From positions 44,577-108,576 of IMG/VR virus record IMGVR_UViG_3300034284_000578: 64,000 nucleotides of DNA; one strand, written 5' to 3'. Numbering within the stretch: position 1 is the first letter of the stretch; each line of letters begins with the position of its first letter. Positions 39,321-48,636 of the stretch are shown here, piece by piece. Source of the DNA: a virus. The notes below the pieces were generated by a model that ran no database searches, was not told the origin of the DNA, and saw only the letters and a list, made by a program, of their open reading frames with translations. Made by a program: the position numbers and the translations under genes.

Positions 39321-41639
39321 ATGGCAACTAATTTTAAGATATACGTCAGTAATTTTCCACAAAAGACCGCCTATAGAAGAGGCGCAACTATAGACGTATA
39401 CCAAATAAATAAAATCATTTACACCCAAGCACAAGAAATAGATAATTTAAACTTAGCAGGTGAATTGTATGAAGATGCTATAGGAATTAAAGGAGATTCT
39501 TGTACTAGTGGTTTAATTGGTTGCGATGAAGCATTCGTAGCACCAAATCCAAATGAATGTAGTGGTGGAGAAAGAGGACCAGCAGGACCAGCAGGTCCAC
39601 AAGGACCTGCCGGCCCAACAGGACCCCAAGGACCTGCTGGTGGTGGTGCTAGAATATTTTGCGGTTATCTTCAAGGACCACCAGCACCACCGGCTGGAGA
39701 AATTTCAATTGAATGTTTAAAAAGCGCAACTGGTTATGTTGTAAATAAAAATGGTGCAGCACTTGGTGGTACAAATCCATTTAGTCCCGGTTCTGGATCT
39801 AATTTAAATAATTTTCAACATAACTTTGGTACTACTGGTGGAACTCAGTATGTCATAGGGACTAATGGTAGTCCAGTACAAGGAAATAATTGTAGTAGCC
39901 CTTCTCCCGCACAAGATAGATTAGATGAATTTTTTGATCCACCAAAATATATTCACACTCCGGTATTTAAAGGTTCAAATGTTAATGAAACTTGTTATTC
40001 ATCAACTCAATGGACATTTGGTGAATATTTAAACGCATTTGGTCAAGGATCAGCAGAACTTGGTAGTGGTTTGAGTAATTTTTGTCGAAATGGGGCAAAT
40101 GCAGCAAACAATAGTGCATCTGGATTAATATTCGTCCCAACACAATCAATATACGGTGGTGGTAACGCTACTAGAATGGAAGATTGGTGGGAAATATTAA
40201 AGGGAGCAGATGGTAACGGTGGTAATGGACTATATGACTCATTAGTAGACAATAATCCAGATTGTGGTCCAGAAGGACCATCATCATCACCACCAATAGC
40301 AGATCAGGGTGGTGTATTAAATAGTCAATGCACTGAAACCGGTGGAACTCCTCCTTCTTCTACACCATTAGAGGGAAATGACAATCCCTGCAATGGTGGA
40401 TGCAATAATCCTATTGCAAATTGTTCAGAGTTAACAGATGGTGATATTTTTATCGACGCAACTAACGGAGTAATGTATTTCTACTCAGGGGGAGCGTGGT
40501 CAAGTTCCGGTGTCCCTTTAGGGGGTGAGTCTGCTTGCGATGGACAAGCAGACGGAGGACCAGATTTTACATCAGCAGATGAGTGCCCACAAATAACTTG
40601 TTTTTGCCCACCGTGTGAAGAATGTCCAGATCCATGTCCAGATCCATGCACCGGATGCACCAGTGGTTGTATAACAAATCAATGCTGTCCAGATGGTGAA
40701 CCTAGTTTAATACTTTGCGGTCCGCCAAATACAGGGGGTTGTCCACCTGGACAATGCCCGAGACCAGATGGATGCGGTTCGTGCGGAAGTTGTGATGGAA
40801 GCACCAATCAATTCAATAGTGCTATGGTATTTCCAGATGAAATGATTACAGAAAATGCTAGTGTTTTAAATACACTACTAAACACTTTAAATGCAAGTAA
40901 TCTTGACTATTATGTTTCTGGAACTATGGCACTGGAAGCATACTTAAATGGAAGTGGATTCCCTGGCAAACAAAGAATGGGTGATTTTGATTTTGTTATT
41001 GATAGAAAAGATCTTAAAACATTTAATAATTTAGTTCAAGATAATTTTTATTTAGATATTATTACTGTAGAGGCACCATTCATGTCAAGAGATGATGCAA
41101 TGCCTCAGTTGTCCTTGATAAGTAAAACTAATAATTACGCTCCTTATTTTGATCCCATAACTATACCTGTTATTTTATCGGGTTCTGAAGAAATATGGTC
41201 AGGAGTAACTATTCCTAAACCAAGTGAATTTGGACAAAAAAGTTTTAAAACTATAAATTATGGAGGAAAAAGAAACTTATCATTTAAGTGTATTCCTCTA
41301 TACTATCCTATATTACAAAAAGTAAGAGCTGGCCGTCCAAAAGATATAATAGACTTAAAGGTTTTATATTTTGCTGGTTTAATAACTGAAGATGTTTTAT
41401 CTGAATTTACTCCAACTGATTTGGAAAAATACAACGAAATAGTATCTTACTTTGGAGATGGTTCTAATGCTGCATTTTTTGCAAGAAAAAACTACACTAT
41501 TGATCAATTACAAAATTTGGCTAATAATTACAATAATTTTAAATATGCACCAGCATTTAAAAAGAAATGGACATGGGTTCCAGCATATGGTGGATGGGTA
41601 GACCCAGAGGACATAATAACGCCCGGTTCCGGTTCTTAA
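39321..41639 (+). CDS. Collagen-like, Cys-rich fibre protein with a C-terminal nucleotidyltransferase-like domain
   Basis: (G-X-Y)8 at 39567-39641; GDIFID...G.MY.Y..G.W fibre motif; Cys-rich tract at ~40580-40795; then YYVSG..AL...R.GDFDF...K..AGRPKDIIDL. Confidence 0.6.
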   Translation: MATNFKIYVSNFPQKTAYRRGATIDVYQINKIIYTQAQEIDNLNLAGELYEDAIGIKGDSCTSGLIGCDEAFVAPNPNECSGGERGPAGPAGPQGPAGPTGPQGPAGGGARIFCGYLQGPPAPPAGEISIECLKSATGYVVNKNGAALGGTNPFSPGSGSNLNNFQHNFGTTGGTQYVIGTNGSPVQGNNCSSPSPAQDRLDEFFDPPKYIHTPVFKGSNVNETCYSSTQWTFGEYLNAFGQGSAELGSGLSNFCRNGANAANNSASGLIFVPTQSIYGGGNATRMEDWWEILKGADGNGGNGLYDSLVDNNPDCGPEGPSSSPPIADQGGVLNSQCTETGGTPPSSTPLEGNDNPCNGGCNNPIANCSELTDGDIFIDATNGVMYFYSGGAWSSSGVPLGGESACDGQADGGPDFTSADECPQITCFCPPCEECPDPCPDPCTGCTSGCITNQCCPDGEPSLILCGPPNTGGCPPGQCPRPDGCGSCGSCDGSTNQFNSAMVFPDEMITENASVLNTLLNTLNASNLDYYVSGTMALEAYLNGSGFPGKQRMGDFDFVIDRKDLKTFNNLVQDNFYLDIITVEAPFMSRDDAMPQLSLISKTNNYAPYFDPITIPVILSGSEEIWSGVTIPKPSEFGQKSFKTINYGGKRNLSFKCIPLYYPILQKVRAGRPKDIIDLKVLYFAGLITEDVLSEFTPTDLEKYNEIVSYFGDGSNAAFFARKNYTIDQLQNLANNYNNFKYAPAFKKKWTWVPAYGGWVDPEDIITPGSGS

Positions 41640-41656
41640 ACTTAAATAAACTAAAG

Positions 41657-41664
41657 TATAAATA
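41657..41664 (+). promoter_or_regulatory. Late promoter TATAAATA
   Basis: Exact T4 late consensus, intergenic, upstream of the prohead core genes. Confidence 0.8.
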
Positions 41665-41684
41665 ATGAAAAGAGGATTATACCG

Positions 41685-41960
41685 ATGTCTACAGAAAAAA
41701 TTATAGATTCTTTATTTGATAACAACTTGGAGCAATTCCGCAAGCAAGTCCATGCTGCTTTATTTGTAAAAACCGGAGAATATATGAACTCCGCAAAACA
41801 AGTAGTCGCTGGCGCCATGATGAATCCTCCAGAAGAAGTACAAGAGGAAAAAAAGAAACTATCTAAAGAGCAATTAGCAGCAGTAAGAGCACCACATGAT
41901 AAAATTACCCGTGGAGACATTATTGCTCTTGCTCAAAAGAACGCAAAGAAAAAGGGGTAA
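41685..41960 (+). CDS. Prohead core protein, gp67-like
   Basis: Short helical protein (IIDSL..NN...F...V.AAL..K......AK..VA..M) directly upstream of gp21. Confidence 0.65.
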   Translation: MSTEKIIDSLFDNNLEQFRKQVHAALFVKTGEYMNSAKQVVAGAMMNPPEEVQEEKKKLSKEQLAAVRAPHDKITRGDIIALAQKNAKKKG

Positions 41961-41965
41961 TATAG

Positions 41966-42613
41966 ATGAAACTTATTACTGAAACAAGACAACAAGACAT
42001 TCAATATGTTTCTGAAGCCGCAGAGGGTGGTAAGAAGTCTTACTTCATTCGTGGTGTTTTCGCAGAGTCCAATAAAGTAAACAAGAATCAACGATTTTAC
42101 GAAGGACCAGTCATGGAGATGGCTGTACAAACATACAATGATACCTTTGTAAAAAATAGTCGCGCTTTGGGTGAACTTGGACATCCAGAAGGACCAACTG
42201 TTAATTTAGAAAGAGTATGCCACATGATCAAAGATCTTCATGTGGAGGGTAGTCAAGTAATGGGTAATGCAAAGATCATGGACACCCCATATGGTAGAAT
42301 TGTACAAAACCTTATTGATGAAGGTGCTAAACTTGGAGTGTCTACCCGTGGTATGGGTTCATTGGCTGAGCGCAATGGAGTCAATTATGTGCAAAAAGAC
42401 TTCATGCTTGCCGCTGTCGATGTAGTTGCAGATCCCTCTGCACCAAACGCATTCGTAGACGGCATCATGGAAGGTAAAGAATGGGTTTGGGACAATGGTG
42501 TTTTCAAACCAACAATCATTGAGAATTACAAAAAACAAATTGAAAAAGCAGGATCAAGAAACTTGGAAGAAGCCAAATTGAAAGTATTCCGCGATTTCTT
42601 ATCTAAATTGTGA
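41966..42613 (+). CDS. gp21: Prohead protease gp21
   Basis: MKLITE, RALGELGHP.GPT.NL.RV.H, LGVS.RGMGSL and D.VADPSAP.AFV.GIMEGKEW motifs. Confidence 0.97.
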   Translation: MKLITETRQQDIQYVSEAAEGGKKSYFIRGVFAESNKVNKNQRFYEGPVMEMAVQTYNDTFVKNSRALGELGHPEGPTVNLERVCHMIKDLHVEGSQVMGNAKIMDTPYGRIVQNLIDEGAKLGVSTRGMGSLAERNGVNYVQKDFMLAAVDVVADPSAPNAFVDGIMEGKEWVWDNGVFKPTIIENYKKQIEKAGSRNLEEAKLKVFRDFLSKL

Positions 42614-42617
42614 AATA

Positions 42618-42625
42618 TATAAATA
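42618..42625 (+). promoter_or_regulatory. Late promoter TATAAATA (gp22)
   Basis: Exact consensus, intergenic; SD AAGGAG downstream. Confidence 0.85.
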
Positions 42626-42655
42626 ACTGAGCGACAAATCAAGGAGATTTAACAA

Positions 42656-43870
42656 ATGGACCCCAAGAAAATTGCAGAAGAAATCGTAAAAGATTTATTC
42701 GATACATATGAACTCGTCGAAGAAAAAGAAGAAAAGGACGAGGAAGAAGAAGGCGAAGAAGAAGAAGAAGCCGGTGAGGAAGAAGAAGGCGAAGAAGAAG
42801 CCGGTGAGGAAGAAGAAGGCGAAGAAGAAGGTGAAGAAGAGGCAGAAGACAAGGCTCCAGTTGCTAAAGCAGTTGGTAATGCCATGAAGGGTTCTGCTAC
42901 TACATCTGCTGCCGCTTCAATCTCCCTTAAAGGTCAATTACCACAACCAACAAAAGGTTCTGGACATGTCCACGATGCCTTGGGTGGTGGTGTAAAGGAT
43001 GCACATGGCGGTGGTGAGCAAATCATCCAACCAACAGGTGGAAATCCCGGTGCATTGGCTGCATCTCTCAACATGAAGCCATCATTCACTTCTCCACAAG
43101 CACCACAAATGACCAGTGAGCAATTAGCCTCTGATATTACAGCAATCTTTGGTTCACAAGAACTATCTGAAGATTTTGTAAAGAATGCTGCTTCAATTTA
43201 TGAAGCCGCAGTTGCTTCAAAGGTTGAAACAATTGCAGAAGCATTAGTCGAACAATTTGAAGAAAAGTTGGTAGAAGAAGTAGAAACTGTAAAGTCTGCT
43301 TTGGTAGAACAACTTGATAATTATTTGGCTTATGTTGTCCAAGAATGGGCAAAAGAAAATGCAGTTGCCATTGAAAATGGTTTAAGAACAGAAATTGCAG
43401 AAGACTTCATCAATGGTTTGAAGAATCTTTTTGCGGAATCTTATGTTGAAATTCCAGAAGAAAAAGTAAATCTGTTTGATGAACTTTCGGAAGCGGTCGA
43501 AACTCTTGAAGGTAGAATAAACGAAGAGATTGAAAAGAACGTAGTTCTCAATCAAGAAATTAGTTTACTAACCGCTCAAAGAGTATTTGCTGAAGAAACA
43601 AGAGGATTGACTGTTCTTCAAGCAGAAAAAGCAAGAGAGATTGCAGAAAATCTCGAATACTCTGGAGAAGAAGATTTCCGCAGTAAAGTAAAGACCTTGG
43701 TTGAAGGTGTTGTTTCTGGAGCCAAAAAGGTTGCACCAAAGAATGTTCAAAAGGTAAATGAACAAATTACACTTTTGGAACAAGCAACTGAAGATGAGCC
43801 AGAGCAAGAAACACTCTCTCCACTCATGGAACTTTATTCAAACACAATTAACAGAACACTAAAATCTTAA
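42656..43870 (+). CDS. gp22: Prohead scaffold protein gp22
   Basis: LSEDF...A..IYEAAV, D.YL.YVV.EW..EN.VAIE.GLR.EIAE.F..GLK.LF.E motifs; acidic N-terminus. Confidence 0.95.
   Translation: MDPKKIAEEIVKDLFDTYELVEEKEEKDEEEEGEEEEEAGEEEEGEEEAGEEEEGEEEGEEEAEDKAPVAKAVGNAMKGSATTSAAASISLKGQLPQPTKGSGHVHDALGGGVKDAHGGGEQIIQPTGGNPGALAASLNMKPSFTSPQAPQMTSEQLASDITAIFGSQELSEDFVKNAASIYEAAVASKVETIAEALVEQFEEKLVEEVETVKSALVEQLDNYLAYVVQEWAKENAVAIENGLRTEIAEDFINGLKNLFAESYVEIPEEKVNLFDELSEAVETLEGRINEEIEKNVVLNQEISLLTAQRVFAEETRGLTVLQAEKAREIAENLEYSGEEDFRSKVKTLVEGVVSGAKKVAPKNVQKVNEQITLLEQATEDEPEQETLSPLMELYSNTINRTLKS
42761..42830 (+). repeat. 30-bp tandem duplication in the Glu-rich tract of gp22
   Basis: gaagaagaagccggtgaggaagaagaaggc occurs twice plus a partial third copy (EEEAGEEEEG). 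Confidence 0.85.
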
Positions 43871-43887
43871 TTCAAAAATTGAGAAAT

Positions 43888-43895
43888 TATAAATA
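43888..43895 (+). promoter_or_regulatory. Late promoter TATAAATA (gp23)
   Basis: Exact consensus upstream of SD AAGGAG and ATG 43931. Confidence 0.85.
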
Positions 43896-43930
43896 AACTC
43901 AGACAAAAAGGTTTAAAGGAGCAAAGAAAA

Positions 43931-45394
43931 ATGGACCCTAATCGTCAAATGATCACAGAATCTGCCCGCAAAAAGTGGCAACCAATCCTTGAGCACAAGG
44001 CATTGCCAGAAATCAAGGACAGTTATAAAAAGACTGTAACAACAATCCTCTTGGAGAACCAAGAGCGCGCACTCCGCGAATCATACCAAGGTATTGCCGG
44101 TACAGGACTCGGTAACATTGGTGGGTTTGAAGCCGGTGCAACCTCAACAACTGGTACTGGTATCGATTCATTCGATCCAATCATGATCAGTTTGGTTCGT
44201 CGCGCTATGCCAAATTTGATGGCTTACGACATCGCTGGTGTTCAACCAATGAACGGCCCAACCGGCTTGATCTTCGCAATGAAGACAAAGTATCAAAACG
44301 CTGGTACAGGAACAATTGGTGCCCGCGCTGGTAATGCCAGTGAAGCACTGTTCAAGGAAGCCAACACAAGTTGGTCCGGTGAAACTGGTGCTGCTGGTGA
44401 CATGGGAGATATCTTCCAAGATGACGCCGGTTCAACCGATGGACGCTTCGAAGCCGGTCGTGGATTTGCCACATCTAAGGGTGAAAAACTCGGAGATGGT
44501 ACAAATAACTTTAACGAAATGTCTTTCACAATCGAAAAGACAGCCGTTACAGCCAAGACTCGCGCCCTCAAGGCAGAGTACACAACAGAACTCGCTCAAG
44601 ACCTCAAGGCCGTTCACGGACTTGACGCTGAGACAGAGTTGGCTAACATCCTCTCAACCGAAATCATGTTTGAAATCAACCGCGAGTTGGTTCGTCAAAT
44701 CTATGATGTCGCTAAGTTGGGTTGCCAACAAGCCGACCTCGCCGGTAAGGCTTCAGGTGGTGGTTTGAATGGTGCCGCAGGTGGTGGTACATATAACCTC
44801 GAACTCGACTCCGATGGTCGTTGGAGTGCTGAAAAGTTCCGTGGTTTGACCTTCCAAATCGAGCGCGAGTGCAACGTAGTAGGTGCTGAGACTCGTCGTG
44901 GTAAGGGTAACTTTATCATCACAAGTCCAGACGTTGCTGCTGCCCTCAGTATGAGTGGTTTGCTCGACTTCTCTCCAGCCTTCAGTGGTGCTCTTAACAC
45001 AGACGTTAATGGCAACACCTTCGCTGGTACACTCCACGGTGGACGTATCAAGGTTTACATTGATCCATATTCAATGCCAACCCACACAGAAACCTTCTCA
45101 CCAATCAATTTCGTATGCGTAGGATATAAGGGAACAAGTCCATACGACGCTGGTCTCTTCTACTGCCCATACGTTCCATTGCAAATGGTAAGAGCCGTTG
45201 ATACAGGTACATTCCAACCAAAGATTGGTTTCAAGACCCGTTATGGTATGGTAAGTAACCCATACGTTCTCAATGCAAGCAGTCTCCCAGACGCTGAAAC
45301 ATTGACACGTAGACGTAATCAATACTACCGCATCTTCCGCGTAGATAACCTACACGGTAACGACGCCACATACAACCCAACAACCGCTAACTAA
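43931..45394 (+). CDS. gp23: Major capsid protein gp23
   Basis: LVRRAMPNLMAYDIAGVQPM.GPTGLIFAM, RALKAEY..ELAQDLKAVHGLDAE.EL and FQPKIGFKTRYG motifs. Confidence 0.99.
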   Translation: MDPNRQMITESARKKWQPILEHKALPEIKDSYKKTVTTILLENQERALRESYQGIAGTGLGNIGGFEAGATSTTGTGIDSFDPIMISLVRRAMPNLMAYDIAGVQPMNGPTGLIFAMKTKYQNAGTGTIGARAGNASEALFKEANTSWSGETGAAGDMGDIFQDDAGSTDGRFEAGRGFATSKGEKLGDGTNNFNEMSFTIEKTAVTAKTRALKAEYTTELAQDLKAVHGLDAETELANILSTEIMFEINRELVRQIYDVAKLGCQQADLAGKASGGGLNGAAGGGTYNLELDSDGRWSAEKFRGLTFQIERECNVVGAETRRGKGNFIITSPDVAAALSMSGLLDFSPAFSGALNTDVNGNTFAGTLHGGRIKVYIDPYSMPTHTETFSPINFVCVGYKGTSPYDAGLFYCPYVPLQMVRAVDTGTFQPKIGFKTRYGMVSNPYVLNASSLPDAETLTRRRNQYYRIFRVDNLHGNDATYNPTTAN

Positions 45395-45417
45395 TATTAG
45401 CGCGTAAACCAACGAGT

Positions 45418-45449
45418 AGAGGGTTCCGAAAGGAACCCTTTATTCTTTT
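45418..45449 (+). terminator. Rho-independent terminator after gp23
   Basis: Stem-loop agggttcc-GAAA-ggaaccct followed by a T-rich tail. Confidence 0.9.
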
Positions 45450-45456
45450 ATAGATA
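45449..45456 (+). promoter_or_regulatory. Late promoter variant TATAGATA, probably giving a leaderless gp3 mRNA
   Basis: Lies right after the terminator and 5 nt before ATG 45462, with no SD in between. Confidence 0.6.
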
Positions 45457-45461
45457 CTATT

Positions 45462-45989
45462 ATGAGCAATCTAATTACAAACGCAATACAAAGACAGCCA
45501 AAGTCGATCAACCCAATGCAGTTGAACGAATATAAAATGGTATTGCATAGAACTCCTCATATAGTTTATTTCTGTCAGTCAATCAACCTACCCGGTATCC
45601 AATCTAGTCCTATATCGCAGCCTAGTCCCTTTGCCACCGATATAAAGAGGACTCCAGGCAAGGTAACGCATGATGATTTAAATGTTAAATTCATTGTAAA
45701 TGAAGATATGTCTAATTGGCTGGAATTGTATAATTGGTTGAGAACGATAACTCCAATCGATACATTCAATAATCAAGTTCAAGAAACACAAAGATTTTCT
45801 GATATTTCAATAATAGTAATGAACAGCAAGTCTTTAGGTTTATTGCATTTCACATATAGAGATTGTTTTCCTTTGGCAATATCTGGATTAGATCTAGACA
45901 GTACTGTTAGTGATATTAATCCTGCGATTGCTGGAGTAACATTTGCATACAGCGGGTTTACAGTAGAAACCCTCAGACAGAACATTTAA
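45462..45989 (+). CDS. gp3: Tail completion / tube-fold protein, gp3-like
   Basis: P...YFCQS.NLPGI, L...F.V.EDM.NW.E.YNW and F.Y.D.FP...SGL motifs; conserved gp23-gp3-uvsY-uvsW order. Confidence 0.8.
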   Translation: MSNLITNAIQRQPKSINPMQLNEYKMVLHRTPHIVYFCQSINLPGIQSSPISQPSPFATDIKRTPGKVTHDDLNVKFIVNEDMSNWLELYNWLRTITPIDTFNNQVQETQRFSDISIIVMNSKSLGLLHFTYRDCFPLAISGLDLDSTVSDINPAIAGVTFAYSGFTVETLRQNI

Positions 45990-46017
45990 TTGCTTTTTAC
46001 TTGATGTGTGATATACT
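45990..46017 (+). promoter_or_regulatory. Sigma70-type promoter for uvsY
   Basis: TTGCTT (45990-45995), 16-bp spacer, TATACT (46012-46017) with extended TGn. Confidence 0.65.
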
Positions 46018-46033
46018 CCCAATAGGAGATTTT

Positions 46034-46471
46034 ATGCTATTTGATGATATTAAAAAGATGGCGGATGTTGATTTGAAGTTCAATGAATCTGAACTGGATA
46101 CGGAGTCTCTACGCATTCCCCAGTTACATGGTAAATATTTAAATATGCTGTACGATGAGAAACTTGTACTACGCAAATGGAAAAATGAACTCGGTCAACT
46201 TTTAAAACTAAAATGGGAATACTACACTGGCAAAATGTCAGAGGAACAACTAAAGGAACTCAATTGGGAGCCATTTCAGTTGCGTATTCTAAAACAAGAT
46301 GTTGAATTGTACATGGAATCTGATGCAGATCTAAATCAAAAAAGAGATAGAGTATTTGTACAAGAAGAAAAAGTAAACTACTTAGAATCAATTATCAAAA
46401 TGATTTCTAATCGTCAATACCACATACGAGACGCCATTACTTGGCGTAAGTTCATAAATGGAGAATCATAA
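46034..46471 (+). CDS. uvsY: Recombination mediator UvsY
   Basis: D......LD.ESL.IPQLH.KY, KWEYY.GK and I..R...I..AI.W.KF..G motifs. Start reassigned to ATG 46034, which follows SD AGGAG. Confidence 0.92.
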   Translation: MLFDDIKKMADVDLKFNESELDTESLRIPQLHGKYLNMLYDEKLVLRKWKNELGQLLKLKWEYYTGKMSEEQLKELNWEPFQLRILKQDVELYMESDADLNQKRDRVFVQEEKVNYLESIIKMISNRQYHIRDAITWRKFINGES

Positions 46472-46472
46472 T

Positions 46473-46491
46473 TGTCCTAAATAATAGGACA
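46473..46491 (+). promoter_or_regulatory. Late promoter-like CCTAAATA within a hairpin covering the uvsW RBS and start
   Basis: tgtccta (46473-46479), loop aataa, taggaca (46485-46491). The right arm holds AGGA and the A of the ATG. Confidence 0.65.
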
Positions 46492-47966
46492 TGAGTGATT
46501 TAATAATTGAACCAGTTGATTCTGTTTATATCAAGGTAAAGTGTGAAAAAGGATATGCTAAAGAACTTTCCGATTTTTTCACGTTCAAAGTACCTGGTCA
46601 TAAATTCATGCCTGCGTTTAGGAATAAAATGTGGGATGGACAGATCAAACTATACAATATCTACAAGCAAGAAATCTACGCCGGATTGGAAGATTATGTT
46701 ATCCAATTTGCGAAAGATAGATCGTATAACATTGAGAGACGCGAAACTCCAAAGAAAAATTCGATTACTCCTGATGAAGTCGTAAAGTTTGCAAAACTTT
46801 TAAATATCCCATTCAATCTTCACGATCACCAAGTAGAAGGCATCTGTCATGCAATTAACAATGATAGATGTCTTTTGCTTTCTCCAACTGGTTCCGGAAA
46901 GAGTCTTATCATTTATACTTTGGTAAGATACTATCTTGATAGAATCAGTCCTAAAAAGAAAATACTAATCATTGTTCCAACTATTTCATTAGTTACACAA
47001 ATGTATTCCGATTTCTTTGAATATTCAAAAACATCCGAATGGAAACTGCGGAAGTATTGCCACAAGATACATGGTGGGGAAGAAAAAGAAACAGACAAGC
47101 AAATAGTAATCTCAACTTGGCAAAGCATTTATAAGATGCCAAAAACTTACTTCGACGAATTCGAAGTAGTAATAGGCGACGAATGCCATTTGTTTAAATC
47201 AAAATCACTAACAGCGATAATGACCAAACTTACAGGTTGTCCTTATCGCATCGGTACAACTGGTACTTTGGATGGAACATTCACCCATAAACTAGTAATA
47301 GAAGGACTGTTTGGAAGAGTCCACAAAGTCACCAGTACAAAAGAGTTGATGGATAAGGAACTATTATCCAAATTAAATATTGATTGTATTGTTTTAAATT
47401 ATCCACCAGAAGTAAAACAAAGTTGTAAGAAATTCAAATACGCAGAAGAAATTGACTGGTTGGTGCAAAATCAAAAGCGAAACGAATTCATTTGTAATTT
47501 GGCAGAAAGTTTAAAGGGAAATACTCTAATACTATTTCAGTTTGTAGAAAAACATGGAAAGGTATTGTACGACATTTTACAAAAGATGAACAATAAAAAA
47601 GTATTCTTTGTGCATGGTGGTACTGAAGCAGATGACAGAGAAATGATAAGAAAAATTGTAGAGAAGGAAGAAAACGCCATTATTGTAGCATCATACGGTA
47701 CATTCAGTACAGGTATATCCATTAAACGACTACATAATATTGTATTCTCATCTCCATCTAAGAGTAGAATACGGGTGTTACAAAGTATTGGAAGACAACT
47801 TAGAAAATCGGAATTTAAAGAAAAAGCAAAGTTGTATGATATAGCGGATGATTTGTCTTGGAAGTCTCATCAAAATCACACGCTTAGACATTTTGGTGAA
47901 AGACTTAAAATATATGAACACGAAAAGTTTGATTTTCGTAAAATAGTAATATCGATAGAGGAGTAA
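46491..47966 (+). CDS. uvsW: SF2 helicase UvsW
   Basis: SPTGSGKS, GDECH, GTTGT, SYGTFSTGI and LQSIGR.LR motifs. Confidence 0.97.
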   Translation: MSDLIIEPVDSVYIKVKCEKGYAKELSDFFTFKVPGHKFMPAFRNKMWDGQIKLYNIYKQEIYAGLEDYVIQFAKDRSYNIERRETPKKNSITPDEVVKFAKLLNIPFNLHDHQVEGICHAINNDRCLLLSPTGSGKSLIIYTLVRYYLDRISPKKKILIIVPTISLVTQMYSDFFEYSKTSEWKLRKYCHKIHGGEEKETDKQIVISTWQSIYKMPKTYFDEFEVVIGDECHLFKSKSLTAIMTKLTGCPYRIGTTGTLDGTFTHKLVIEGLFGRVHKVTSTKELMDKELLSKLNIDCIVLNYPPEVKQSCKKFKYAEEIDWLVQNQKRNEFICNLAESLKGNTLILFQFVEKHGKVLYDILQKMNNKKVFFVHGGTEADDREMIRKIVEKEENAIIVASYGTFSTGISIKRLHNIVFSSPSKSRIRVLQSIGRQLRKSEFKEKAKLYDIADDLSWKSHQNHTLRHFGERLKIYEHEKFDFRKIVISIEE

Positions 47967-47968
47967 AT

Positions 47969-48601
47969 ATGGATTCAGAGTATAAAGTGCTAAAACTAAC
48001 AAACGGTGATAGCGTTATTACGGAAATAAGTTCTACTTCCGAAAAATCAATATTTCTCCATAGACCTATGGCATTTAAGACAGTAATGATGATGGATGAG
48101 AATATGAATTCTACCGAAGTTCTTTTATTAAAGAATTGGGCAGAGTATTCAGCCGATACTGATATAGAAGTACCATTAAACTCTATTATGACATCATGGA
48201 AACCCGATGTTCTATTATTAAATTGTTATGAGATGGAAAAGATAAAACAAGACGCTCCGGAGATATACAAACTTTTAAAATCAAAGGATAAAAGTTTGCC
48301 TCCAGTAAATCCAAACATAATGCCAATGCTGCCTGGAATGCCCGGTTTAATTCCACCCACTCCCAAAAACATTCCAAATAATATGGCAAATTTTAATTTA
48401 AATTTACCAATGGATGTTGCTAAACAATTGATTGAATTTTTAGAGGCGCAGGGTATAGATTTAATTGGACCGGACTTTTCAGATAATGAATTACCCGAAG
48501 AGATGTCTGATGAAGAAATGATAGATGACTTATCAGAAGATCAGGGTTTTGGGAATAATTTAGACGATTGGTCTTCCGATCCCCAAGACTACCTCAAGTA
48601 A
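47969..48601 (+). CDS. Conserved hypothetical protein between uvsW and gp55
   Basis: KL.NG..VI N-terminus, SD GAGGAG, conserved synteny, acidic tail. Confidence 0.75.
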   Translation: MDSEYKVLKLTNGDSVITEISSTSEKSIFLHRPMAFKTVMMMDENMNSTEVLLLKNWAEYSADTDIEVPLNSIMTSWKPDVLLLNCYEMEKIKQDAPEIYKLLKSKDKSLPPVNPNIMPMLPGMPGLIPPTPKNIPNNMANFNLNLPMDVAKQLIEFLEAQGIDLIGPDFSDNELPEEMSDEEMIDDLSEDQGFGNNLDDWSSDPQDYLK

Positions 48602-48636
48602 TATATTGCAGGGCCCGGTATCCACCGGCACTGAGA

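Noticed and set aside
32968-47966. Inteins, introns or homing endonucleases in gp17, gp20, gp23 or uvsW
   Set aside because: The proteins are of normal length with contiguous motifs, and I saw no LAGLIDADG, HNH or GIY-YIG ORF.
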